DNA of 64,000 nucleotides. Origin: Octopus vulgaris (Eukaryota). Positions 1-10,840 of this stretch are shown piece by piece. Made by a program: the position numbers and the translations under genes. Position 1 is the stretch's first letter. Every line of letters begins with the position of its first letter. Location of the stretch: positions 57,412,001-57,476,000 of the forward strand of contig OX597826.1 of assembly GCA_951406725.2 (NCBI GenBank), in the 5' to 3' direction. The notes under the pieces were generated by a model that saw only the letters and a list, made by a program, of their open reading frames with translations, made no database searches and had not been told where the DNA came from.

Positions 1-72
1 TCAACCTATCACTCTCTTGCCATGGTATAATCTGACATTTCTCCATCCTGAAAGCTTTCTTCTCTCTCTCTT

Positions 73-105
<33 letters not shown>

Positions 106-209
106 GCCCTGTTTGTCATGTTCTCCTTCCCACCACATGCTTTTCTTTTCTGTTATCAAATATATTTTTTACTACTACCTGTCCATCTCTCTCACACACA
201 CACATGCAC

Positions 210-248
<39 letters not shown>

Positions 249-856
249 TGTATATATATATATATATATACCTTTTATCACTCCATTCATTCTCCACTAT
301 CCAGTTCTTCCTCTCAATTCCCCAATCCTTCTTCTCACTCTGTATTTTCCTTAATTTTTTCCCCAACTCACCCTCCTCCTTGTCTCCAGCTTTATCCCCT
401 TTTCTGCTCTTATACTCTTTATTTCTCTCTCCCCTCTCTCTCTCTCTTTCACACTCATTTAAATAATTATTCTCCATTTTCTCAATTTTTTCACTTCCCT
501 TTCATTATCACCCTATATCTCTGTTATTTTCCCCATCTCACACAACCTATCTTTTCTCCCTATCACACAAATTCTGTTATCTCTGCCTCTCTCTCTCCTC
601 CAGCTTTCTCTACTTTCAAACCCTTACACAACATTCTCCTCACCACCTATTTCTGCACTTCCTTTTTCCATTCTCACCTGTCCTCAACAATTTCTAACTT
701 TCCATGACTCCCTCTCACTATGTTCTGAGTAACTTCTTAAACTCCAACAACCTACTCCTTAAAATATCTTAAACAACACTTCTGTAAACTTATAAAACTC
801 AGATTCTAAACTGGCATCCTGTATGAAATAATTAAATATTGATTTACTCCTCTGAA

Positions 857-1014
857 AGGCATGATACATGTGTGGTTGTTTCATAGTCATATAATCATGG
901 ATTCAATACTATGACACTGAACCTTGGACAAATGTCTTCAAACATGGCTTCAGGTTGACTTAAACTTTGTGAGTGAAATTAGAAAAAAAAAAAAAACTGT
1001 GAAGAAGCTCATTG
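857..1014 (+). mobile_element. Degenerate 5' part of tRNA-headed SINE (family A)
   Basis: ccttggacaaatgtcttc...ctttgtgagtgaaatt...aaactgtgaagaagc matches the head and body of the intact copy at 34597-35024. Confidence 0.6.
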
Positions 1015-1099
1015 ACTGCCTACTAGTGTTCTTGCTCTGTCATCCAGTTTAACACCACCCTCTAGTCTTGGGTACCTTTAGTACAGTCCAATCTGTTGA

Positions 1100-2045
1100 T
1101 AATATTTGGACAAGGTCTCTGGTAGGAGAATACCTGTGAATTATAGCTTCTTCCTCCACTTCTCCAAACAATCTGGGACCCCTGCAAAAGTCATAGATAT
1201 GCTCTTGCCCCCTCTCACAAGTCCTAATAAATCTAATAATATAGCTTATTCTATACGAAGTATTAAAGTTAATCAGCACATAAGAATGCTTTAATAGCAC
1301 CTAAGAAAACTCTCCATTGTTGAGTCAAAGGAGATGTTGGCTTCTTGACTGTAAAGTTCCAAAGCTTATAAACCTTTACTGGATTACTAAATAGAATGGC
1401 ATGGTGAAAAGGAGCTGAACTTTTCTTGTTATTTCATTTCAATAATTTAAAGCCACAATGACTTGTGTATAATAACTCCCTTGACCAGAAAATAATATCT
1501 GACACCGAGTATTGTAAAAACCAGTAGAACATAATTCAATTTTAATAACATATGTAGTTTTGTGCTGCTGATACGGTGAAAAGATTGAGAATTGAACACA
1601 AAGTAGAAAATTTAACAGAGGAAACTCTTATCTAATGAAATCAATTAAAACCCCCGTCATTTTTCAAGATCAGGGCAAGAGCATACAATGCTATAAACCA
1701 GTCCTACAAAGGGCTCCACCTTCTAGTTATGTCTATTTTACGAATAGAGCCAGAAGCAGTATCTTACATAGTGTACAGTAGCTCAGCTGGTGATGATTCC
1801 AATTTCTGATACTAAAACATTGTTCAAAAAACTACAGCCATTCTTCATTGACATATTAAGGCTAAGATAAAGATAAAAAAAATTTTTTTTTTTTTTTCCT
1901 GTTTCTTTGTTTTCTTTTTTAATGTTCTTTGAAAAATCCATGTTTTTAGTTAGATTAAGAAATTCAATTTAAATTGTTCAGAATTTGTGTGGTGCCCATA
2001 GATTGTAGCACCCTAGGCAATCACTAGCATATGGTGCCAGCCCTG
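1100..2045 (+). mobile_element. Possible highly decayed hAT DNA transposon remnant
   Basis: End motif gcaccctaggcaa...gccagccctg resembles hAT-type termini. Weak peptide echoes (YSFF.., LVMIPIS..LFKKL) of a hAT transposase C-terminus. No intact ORF. Confidence 0.3.
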
Positions 2046-2399
2046 GATGTTATACAATTTGAACTCCTACTAGCATGTGGCAATTGAATCTATTTATAAA
2101 TTGCTTAAGGGATTCCTAGATTTTAAGTGATAGTATCACTTTCTGCTATCTATCTGTTTCATTTTCTCTTTCTCCTTCCACTTCTGTTGCCACAATGAAA
2201 TGTTTTCACTATGTTGTTTAAATTATTGTTATTGTTGTCATTACACAAAATAACTGAAACCGGAAACAAAATCTAACTTTTCAATTCTTCCATGGATCAG
2301 ATGCAATTTGTTGAGGCAGATTTTCTATGACCAGAAGCCTTTCTTTTCACCAACCCTTTACCTGACAAATGTTATTAATGAGGTATACCACAAAATTCG

Positions 2400-3080
2400 A
2401 TGTCATCTTGAACAACACCCACTTCTTTACAGATAATACCACTGTTCACTTCTCCCTAATTTTCCATATCCAAGCATCATCCATATGAAACTTAGGCACC
2501 TAATGCCAACTCTGCAATGATTTGATAAATAGAAATTCTAAACCATCTTTCAATGGGATCATTCCAATCGTGTCCCCAACAAACAATAAAAATAAATATT
2601 ATTGCACATAAGCATTATTGCACCTTGCCACCTCATATACATTAACAAACTGCAACTAGTACCCTCATGGTCATTTCAAATACTAGATTTCACCATGATT
2701 GATGATCTTTTCTGGTGAATGCACATCTTCAACAAAGCAAAGACTGTATCAATGGATTGGCCTGCATCCTCAAAACTAGAAAATACTTCTGCCTTCAACA
2801 ATTACTCACTTTCTACAAAGTTCAGAAGAAACCCATTATGGAGCACTGCTCCCACATCCAGGATGGTACTGCTGCTACACACACACACACACGCATCCTA
2901 ACATCCTAGACCATGTCCAAAGAAAAGTCATTTGACTAATTAGCATGAAGTCACTTACCAATATATTCAAATCTCTAGCCCCTGTTCCCCAGAGCTATCT
3001 TTTCATAAAGCACCTCCAGTCAATCATTCCTGACTTACTTCTCTCTCCTTCTTTCATTATTTATATTGTGTCCAGCTTTC
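2400..3080 (+). mobile_element. Decayed CR1/L2/Jockey-group LINE, RT C-terminal part
   Basis: Broken-frame translation gives HFFTDNTT (YADD-like), DDLFW*MHIFNKAK, RKYFCLQQLLTFYKVQKKPIMEHCSHIQDG (cf. LY...RP.LEYCS.VW) and ILDHVQRKVI. Stops and frameshifts present. Confidence 0.8.
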
Positions 3081-3493
3081 CATGCTCTGAACTAACCATT
3101 ATACATAGGCTTTCTTCCCAAGAACATCAACCCTCTAGAATTCTTTCCTAAAAATGTTTCCTTCAGTTGTTAACTGCATCTGTTCAAGAGGAGTGTTGAT
3201 AACATTGGTTTTCCCAGTTTCAGAGGGCCTATGAAGACCATGAGCACAGACTTGAAAATACTGAATCTCACAAAATTTTGTTGTCTGGACATTTTGAGGA
3301 CTTGTCCAACCAAAGCCTACCAGCCATGGATGGTTATTACAACATGCTTCTTCAATATATCCCCCAAAGCACCTGATTTATTTAGTTCTCACTTGAAGAG
3401 AAACAGAACTCAGCTAATCTATCAATAAATTGAAACATTTGTTCCCTATGAATTTACCTGTCTCTTTTCCTATCAATCAATCATATATACACA

Positions 3494-3680
3494 TGTATGT
3501 ATGTGTGTATGTATGTGTGTATGTATGTATGTATGTATGTATGTATGTATGTATGTATGTATGTATGTATGTATGTATGTATGTATGTATGTATGTATGT
3601 ATGTATGCATGCATGCATGCATGCATGCATGTATGTATGTATGTATGTATGTATGTATGTATGTATGTATGCATGTATAT
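3494..3680. repeat. (ATGT)n microsatellite with internal (ATGC)n block
   Basis: Direct reading; source of the MYVC/HTYI ORFs. Confidence 0.95.
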
Positions 3681-4451
3681 ACGTATATATGATTACAGCC
3701 TTTCACTGAACAATTGAAGTATCATTTTTCATCTATGTGAAAAATGATTAAATGGAGATGAAATTCTTGAGTTATAAATGAAAAAAATGAATTTGTCAGC
3801 TTAGAGATGTTCAAACTGCAAGTATAACTTTCTGTGCACAGACATGTATGCACACACTCTCACATATATACACACAAAAACACACACTCTCTCTCTCTCT
3901 CTCTCTAACTTTTTTACTAATTCTAGACAAACTATATCATAAAGTTATAGAAGAAGAAAAAATCTATATGATGTATATAAGAAAAAAATCTACATAAAAA
4001 TTATAAAAACAAACATTTTATGGCTGTTATATACAGGAACAGACGTTTGTAAATGTGTTAGAAATGGCATAGAGATGATTACATTAGGAAACAAAAGGAA
4101 ACTATTTCTTAATTTTAGCCAAGAATCGAAATAATTGACATGGAATGTGGATTAAATGAAAAATACCACAGACTGAGGGAAAGAATAAAAAAATAGTTTA
4201 TGAAAAAATAAGGAACATTATTTTAAAAACAATAAAAATAGTGAATTCCATCCACTCTCACCATTTTCTGTTTTCAAACCTCAAAAATATTTATGTTAGA
4301 ATATTGAAGACACATGAAAATGTCCATATAGCCAAGTGTTGTATTCTTCAGCAAGTTATTAAATGAGGTATACCAATAGTATTTCAGTGTATTTGCTAAG
4401 AACACACAAAGCTTGTTAGATAAATATTAGCAATGCTTCTATTTGTCTTAC

Positions 4452-4523
4452 CAATTGCTGGCGGAATAATTGGTTTCTGACGATCACAGCTATAAAGTGT
4501 ATTTGAATTAGTGAGTTACTTAC
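4452..4523 (-). other. Candidate recursive splice site with 72-nt RS-exon of an unidentified minus-strand gene
   Basis: Minus strand reads tttctttcttttctttttCAG|GTAAGT (junction 4524/4523). No AG occurs on the minus strand between 4665 and 4526. TAACTAAC branch-point motif at 4648-4641. Second donor TTG|GTAAGA at 4452/4451. The 72-nt segment is open only in frame 0 (VSNSLIQIHFIAVIVRNQLFRQQL). Confidence 0.7.
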
Positions 4524-5228
4524 CTGAAAAAGAAAAGAAAGAAATGTCATTGAAAATAATGATTCATATAAAAGAGAACAAAACAAAACAAAACAAAAAA
4601 ACAACAAACAAAATGCGAATGAATACATAAATGAAAATCAGTTAGTTATTAAAAGAGAACCATTTCTATGTAGACGAAATTAATTTCTATTTTTATTTCA
4701 GCTATAAAAAAAGAGCAAATAAGAATGGGATATCAAATAGGAATGGGATATAAGGAAAAAAAAATTATAGGAAGGAAAAGTGAAAGAAAGAAAAAAGAGA
4801 GAAAGAAAGGCAGAAATTCAAGTTGTGCTCCCAAACTGCAGCTATTGCACGTATACATCAAAAAGCAAAAAGAGTGAAACGAGTAAACTATCAAAGGCAG
4901 ACAAGTAAAATGACAAAACATGATGACATTGTATAACATAGAACTCTAACATCGCAATTAGCTGTCAGTAAGTTAGCTAATTTAGTTGGTAAATAATAGA
5001 AGGAAAACAGGATTATGAGAATGAATAGGAGGGAAAGTGGCATATTCACAAGAGTTTGCTATTAAATAGCATTCATATACTGATCACATACAACTCCAGA
5101 AGTGAGAGGCAATTGCTGTAAGTTCATCGTGTTTAACAGCAGTACACATACAGATTAGCCTCAATACAGCAAGTTAATAAAGACTCTTGTCATTTTTACA
5201 GTGCTGCCACTGCTTGCAGCTATGAGTT

Positions 5229-5773
5229 CCATAGTCATCATCTGGAAAAGATTTTCTAACTAGAAAGGGTATGGCCTGGTCAGCCTGTAATGACATGCAT
5301 AAGATCTGGTCATCAAATCTAAGTAGAGACTTCAAACTTGAAATCTTCAAAGCCACAGTCGAACCAATTCTACTATATGGCTCAGAAACCTGGACGTTAT
5401 CAAAGAAGCTTGAGAGGCGGTTGGATGGAACCTACACTCGCCTCCTTATGAGAGCTCAAAATCTCTCGTGGAAGCGTCATCCAACCAAAATGCAAATATA
5501 TGGGAAACTACCACCTGTGTCATCTCTTGTGAAAGGTAGGAGAGTCCAGTTTGCTGGACATTGTTGTAGAGCTGAAACCAAGGCAATTTCTACTCTTCTC
5601 CTCTGGAAGCCATCTACTTGCAATACCAGAGGGCGCACACTCTCCTGCCCTGATGTAATCTCCAGGGATACAGGCATCCAGCAACAGGACCTCCATAATG
5701 CCATGATGGACCGTGAAGTCTGGCGTAGCATGGTAAATTCCATTGTCTCGACCACGGTCGAACAATGATGATG
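5229..5773 (+). mobile_element. 5'-truncated RTE-clade LINE with open ORF C-terminus, TGA-repeat tail and TSD
   Basis: ORF 5271-5768 has RTE motifs (VEPILLYGSETWTL, R.LR..W, RRVQFAGHC.R, DREVWRSMV) and ends in tgatgatg. Flanked by AGCTATGAGTT (5218-5228) and AGCTAAGAGTT (5774-5784), an 11-bp TSD with one mismatch. Confidence 0.9.
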
Positions 5774-5852
5774 AGCTAAGAGTTGTGCCTTTATGTAGAA
5801 CATGTTTTGCAGCAAGACAGAGTGAGCTGGTTAAAAAATTGTCTCTGAAAGT

Positions 5853-6007
5853 GAAGAGTAAGTGGAGATGGGTGTTACAAATGTTGCAACAATAAGTTAC
5901 AAATATTTTCTTCATTTCTGCACTTTTTCATTTGTTGAAGTATACTTCTCCATGCTTAGTGATACCCTAGCTTAGCCATGAATGGTGGTACTGCAGAACA
6001 GCCACAG
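5853..6007 (+). repeat. 155-bp inverted duplication, arm 1
   Basis: Reverse complement of 16503-16657; manual ungapped alignment gives 10 mismatches in 155 bp. Confidence 0.95.
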
Positions 6008-6735
6008 AACCATGAATTATAAGGCTCAATGTGCTATCTGTATTCTATTGTATTTTAATGATCATATCAGAAATAAAAGAAAAGAATGCTGTTTTGCCGA
6101 AGTATTCACTCTGTAATTAAGCCAATGACATACAAAGAACAGTCTAATATCCTGAATTTGTTGAAAAGAAGTGTGTGACACACTGTACACAAGTGTGCAT
6201 ATATACATATGTAAGTCCATACATAGACATACAAATCGGAATATTTTCTAGTACTCTGGTATAATTCCATAGTGCATTATCAATAATATTAACCACAACT
6301 TCTATTTCTTCTACAACATGATTGAATAGTTATGTTTAACATCTCAACAACAGAAGTATTGCCTTGGTAGCATACAATAGGCTAGACTGGAATAAGGCTT
6401 CAACATATTGTCAAATTCTATAAACAAAATTGTGTTGAAATCATACAGTAAAATAAATATATGTTGTACTTTAAATATATACACATATTTTCTGTATTTT
6501 ATTTTTTTTTATCAACATAATAATTCAAGTTTAAAAGATAGTATTATATTAGACACCAACTGCTTTTCACGTATGTATGTATGTATAGATACATGTGTGC
6601 ATATATGTAAAAGTATATGTATATGTGTATGTATTAAGATCAATCTCCAAAATTTAACCTTCTTCAGAAAAAAAATTTCAATTAAGTTCCAATATATTTC
6701 AATACAATCAAAAGGAAGTAGAAGCATTTCCTTCC

Positions 6736-6741
<6 letters not shown>

Positions 6742-6805
<64 letters not shown>

Positions 6806-6820
6806 GTGTGTGTGCGTGTG
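6742..6820. repeat. (TG)n microsatellite
   Basis: Direct reading. Confidence 0.95.
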
Positions 6821-6982
6821 TATATGTAAACATACACATGCAATAAATTCTAATATGGTGGCTGCATTGTTAAATTAGGATTTAAGTTCATTGTGACACA
6901 TAGCACCACACAGTAGCTGGTACATCTTTTGATTTAAAGGCAGTAGTGCTCTACTAAGACTGTTGGAGCTGTATGCATATTT

Positions 6983-7018
<36 letters not shown>

Positions 7019-7279
7019 GGTTTAGATGGGACACATTGGGGTTGGGTTTCTATGCCCACATACACTTTTTGATACCAACCCTCATCTTGTTCCATGCAAA
7101 GAAGAAATCCCTCAGGCTATCGAACAACAAACAACCCAGATTTGATGATGCAGAAAAGTGGAAGCAAATGACACTACTTAAATTAACATTTTGTTTACAG
7201 AATTTATGCATCAGGTCAAGAAACCCATCAGGCACACTTATAGAGTGGATTACAAGCAAAGGATACACAATTATGTTGT

Positions 7280-7620
7280 ATCAAATGCTGCACGGGCAGA
7301 AGTTGTTTTTTGGTTCCCCACATGAATACATCTTTATGTGAAAGTGCTGCATCATCAGTCATGGTTTCCATTGGTTGCTAGTGACTGAATCTTTTGTGAA
7401 CCATAGACACAGGAACATTTATGATGGCACTGCATGTATAGCATTCACAAGAATGAAATACTGCTACTTTCATTACTTCAAGCACACAAGAAGCATTGTT
7501 CAGATGGAAGCAGTCATGATTTCCTGGTCACCTGTATGGCTGTGTCCTCTGTTGAAGTGCCATATAGCTGAAGCCATTGTCTTCATTGAGCACCAATGGA
7601 CAAACATGATAATTTTAGGC
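7280..7620 (-). mobile_element. Decayed Tc1/mariner (maT/DD37D-like) transposase fragment
   Basis: Minus-strand echoes in the expected order: TG.PG (SGRP-like), INVPVSMVHKR (HTH), TDD.(A)HF (TDEAHF-like), MWGTKK (IWG.ENP-like). Frames are broken. Confidence 0.45.
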
Positions 7621-7849
7621 ATTTTTACTTCTGTTTACTTCGTAATTTTTATCTTTTATTTATTGGCATTGCTAGGATATTGACAAATTTCACATATGTA
7701 TGGATGTATATAAAAGTGTTTCTGTTCTTTGTCTTCAGTGTGCATGTGCTAATTGAAATTGCAGTCACCATTAATATTAAAAGTTTCACTTGCTTGCAAT
7801 CTTCTGCATAAACATGCCCAGCCAATAAGCTATTCATTGTTTGATGAAA

Positions 7850-7990
7850 TAGGGGGACATTACTTAACCTGAAAACAATTGAAAATTGGTAATGGGAAGA
7901 GCATCCACTGATAGAAAAATCTGCTTCAACAAGTATTACCTACCCCGTACAACTATGGAAAAGTGGATATTCAGTCAATGACAACAATGA
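7850..7990 (+). mobile_element. Degenerate SINE 3' fragment with RTE-like tail
   Basis: ggaagagcatccactgatagaaaa...atggaaaagtggatatt resembles the 3' end at 22147-22276. Confidence 0.55.
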
Positions 7991-7999
7991 TATATATAT

Positions 8000-8365
8000 T
8001 ATCATTATCATCATCAATATTTTAATAACTACTTTTCCATGTTTTCAGACAAAATTTAAGGGTAGATTTTCTACAACCGTATGCCCTTGTTCTCAACTCT
8101 CACCTATTACCAAGCAAAATGATATTATACCATGGCCAGATATGTTTACATAGATTGGAAACCAATGACATCGCTTATATGAATGGTAACACTTCTTTAC
8201 AACCATCTCATAATGTCATGACAAGAATACACAGATATAAACACAGCCACATGCACACTATAAACATAAACACACATAAAATAGGCTTCTTCTAGGTTTT
8301 GTGTATCAAATCTGCTCACCAGGTTAGGTTGTCCTGGTGTAATATAACTGAAGACAATTTGCCTA
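8000..8365 (-). mobile_element. Degenerate SINE combining family-A head region with RTE-like (GAT)n tail
   Basis: Minus strand begins ggcaaattgtcttc (family A) and ends agggcatacggttgtagaaaatc...catggaaaagtag...tgatgat (RTE-type tail). Confidence 0.6.
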
Positions 8366-8443
8366 TATATGTGTACATATATTATATGTATATATTATCC
8401 ACCAATGCAGTGTTGAGCACTCATTCCAACGTTCTACTTTTAC

Positions 8444-8479
<36 letters not shown>

Positions 8480-9536
8480 ATAGATAAATGGTACAACAAG
8501 ACACCAATATATATATATATATATAACAATTTAATAAATAAAACATATGCATACATACATACATATATGTACAAACATACATCTATATGTATATATACAT
8601 GCATATATGAGTACAGGACACCACAAATAAACGTAGAACACAATGAGAAATGAAAACATAGAAACAAAACACGCACACACATACGCACATACATATGTAC
8701 ATACATACTTAGGTATCATATACGCATATACATGCGTATGTGAAAATACAATAGACTTGTATATATTTATATATGCATTATACATACATACACACACATA
8801 GTATATATGTGTGTCTATGTGTCTCTGTGTGTGCACACATACATGCATCCCCAATACTGACACTTTTCGATATATTTGTTTCTCTATTATTTATATTTAT
8901 TGATTTACTTTATTCCTCTCCATTCAACAAGTCATTAGTTCAAACTTATTCAATCATAAAGAAATGGTAATTTGGTTTCCTAATTCTCTCTTATAACATA
9001 ATCACTCTCTCATTTCATATGTGCCTCTCTTTGTCTGTCTACCTCTCTGTTTCTATCTCTCTATCTCTCTCCGTAAATACCGAAACTGCTTAAGAAGGAA
9101 AAAAAAACCAGTCTTATAATAGATGCCTTATTCTCCTCATCATCTCTCTTTTTTTATTACTTTCTTGTTTTCTCTCACCTTTCACTATCCTCATCTTCTC
9201 TTCTCTGACTCGCTTCCTTCTTCTCACTTGCCTCATCATCATTCTCACTCCTGTCATTTTTCTCTAATGAACCTCTCCTGTCATCAACCTCTACTTGTCT
9301 TATCCCTCCCCATCTCCTCTCTTCTTACTTTCCCCACGTGATTTCTTTTCTCACATTTTCCATCATCTCCCACTTTTCCCCTCACCGTCATGATTATAAA
9401 TACTAACACTATTTTCAAATGTAGTAGAACAGAAAGATGAAAATAGTTTATGTAAGTGCGTGTGTACATGCATACACACACTCAATTCTTTAAATGAAAA
9501 AGCATGGATAATATGATTTGTGTGTGTGTGTATATA

Positions 9537-9602
<66 letters not shown>

Positions 9603-9611
9603 ACTGTGTGT

Positions 9612-9799
9612 GTACCGTTGGCGATTTTTTTTCCTCTGTCTTCCCTTCTCTGGATCTTTCCTTCTCCTATGTTTCCGACGAAGAGCTCCACTCGAAACGT
9701 TAAGCCCTCCTTCTTTCCTTCTTTCCTGAGCGTCCAATAATACTATATTTATTCCACGTCCTCACGTTGTTGTGTTTTTTTCTGCTTTCTTGTTTGGAT

Positions 9800-9803
<4 letters not shown>
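9612..9803 (+). mobile_element. Penelope-like terminal-repeat fragment between TG/TA microsatellites
   Basis: CpG-retaining unit carrying the c(t/c)gacgaag...cgaaacgtt motif typical of Penelope-like element ends. Confidence 0.6.
9671..9705 (+). ncRNA. Minimal type I hammerhead ribozyme motif (U4C variant)
   Basis: GTTT-CCGACGA-A-GAG-ctcca-CTC-GAAA-C-GT-T-AAGC. Stem I GTTT/AAGC (one G-U pair), stem II GAG/CTC, palindromic ACGT stem III, GUU cleavage triplet at 9699-9701. Confidence 0.6.
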
Positions 9804-9839
<36 letters not shown>

Positions 9840-9841
<2 letters not shown>

Positions 9842-10025
9842 TGAACCAACTTCACGGCAGGAGGGGCAGATGAGGGCAGCTGCATCGAACTCTCTCATGC
9901 ACCAAATAGCAGTTGCTAGAAAGCCTCCATGAAGTGAAACCAAGTAGCAACACCAAATGGCGGTGCCCCAGCATGGCCACAGCTCATAAGCTGAAACTAG
10001 AATCAATCAATCAATCAATCAATCA
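9840..10025 (+). mobile_element. SINE-like 3' fragment with (AATC)n tail, inserted in (TA)n
   Basis: Contains ggcggtgccccagcatggccacag...ctgaaac, shared with family A 3' ends, then (aatc)n. TA repeats on both sides. Confidence 0.6.
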
Positions 10026-10679
10026 TATATATATATATATACATATACACATACATACATAGACACACAAACTCTTTTATGTTGAATTTGTGAAAAACAG
10101 TGCTAAGATTGTACTAAGTACAAAATGCCTATAATTAATAAGGAGGAGGAGGAGGATGACGACGATGACAAATAAAGATAAATGGAGAAAAAGTGGAAAT
10201 CTTGAGAAATAAGAAAAAATGCTACAGTAAAAATTACATGTCAAAAATATGGCAGTCTTGAGAAAGACTCACATATCTCTGTTTTCTTAGATTTCTTTAG
10301 ATGTATCTTCCTCTAAATGTAATCTTGGGAATTCAGACATCTGGAACACTAACATCCTTCACAGACATCCTCAGGTACCTTGAAGCATTCAACTCCTTAC
10401 ACAAACCATTCCTCCCACTTCCTTGCTGCCACTACCTCCCACTCAAATTCCTTAATGTTCAAACAGGTACAAAGAAACTATACTTATGGCTAAATTAAAT
10501 CATTTCTTCTTCTGCGTCTTCTCTACCTTCTCCCTCCTATTACTCTGCCCTCCCCATTTTTTTTCTGCCTTTCTTCCCCGTTTAGAGCTGCATGCAAAGT
10601 GTCTTTGGAATATTTCTCACCGATTGAAGATCAATAGGTAGAAAGGTGGATATGCAGGAAGATAGAGGGAAGCTAGATA

Positions 10680-10840
10680 GACAAATAGATAGATGGTAGG
10701 TAGATAGATAGATAGATACATACATAAATACATACATACACAGGTGTGTACATACATACATACATACATACATGCACACGCACATACATACATACATACA
10801 TACATACATACATACATACATACATGTACAGATAGATAGA
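10680..10840. repeat. Compound (AGAT)n/(ACAT)n microsatellite
   Basis: Direct reading. Confidence 0.9.

Noticed and set aside
113-707. ORFs rich in YI, SL and HT repeats here and at about 3430-3717, 8440-8970, 43756-44138, 52190-52706, 58428-58754 and 60041-60481
   Set aside because: Translations of microsatellites and low-complexity tracts; no splice or domain support.
1390-1425. NGMVKRS*T, resembling the integrase NG.VER.NRT motif
   Set aside because: Isolated nine-residue match with a stop and no other integrase motifs nearby.
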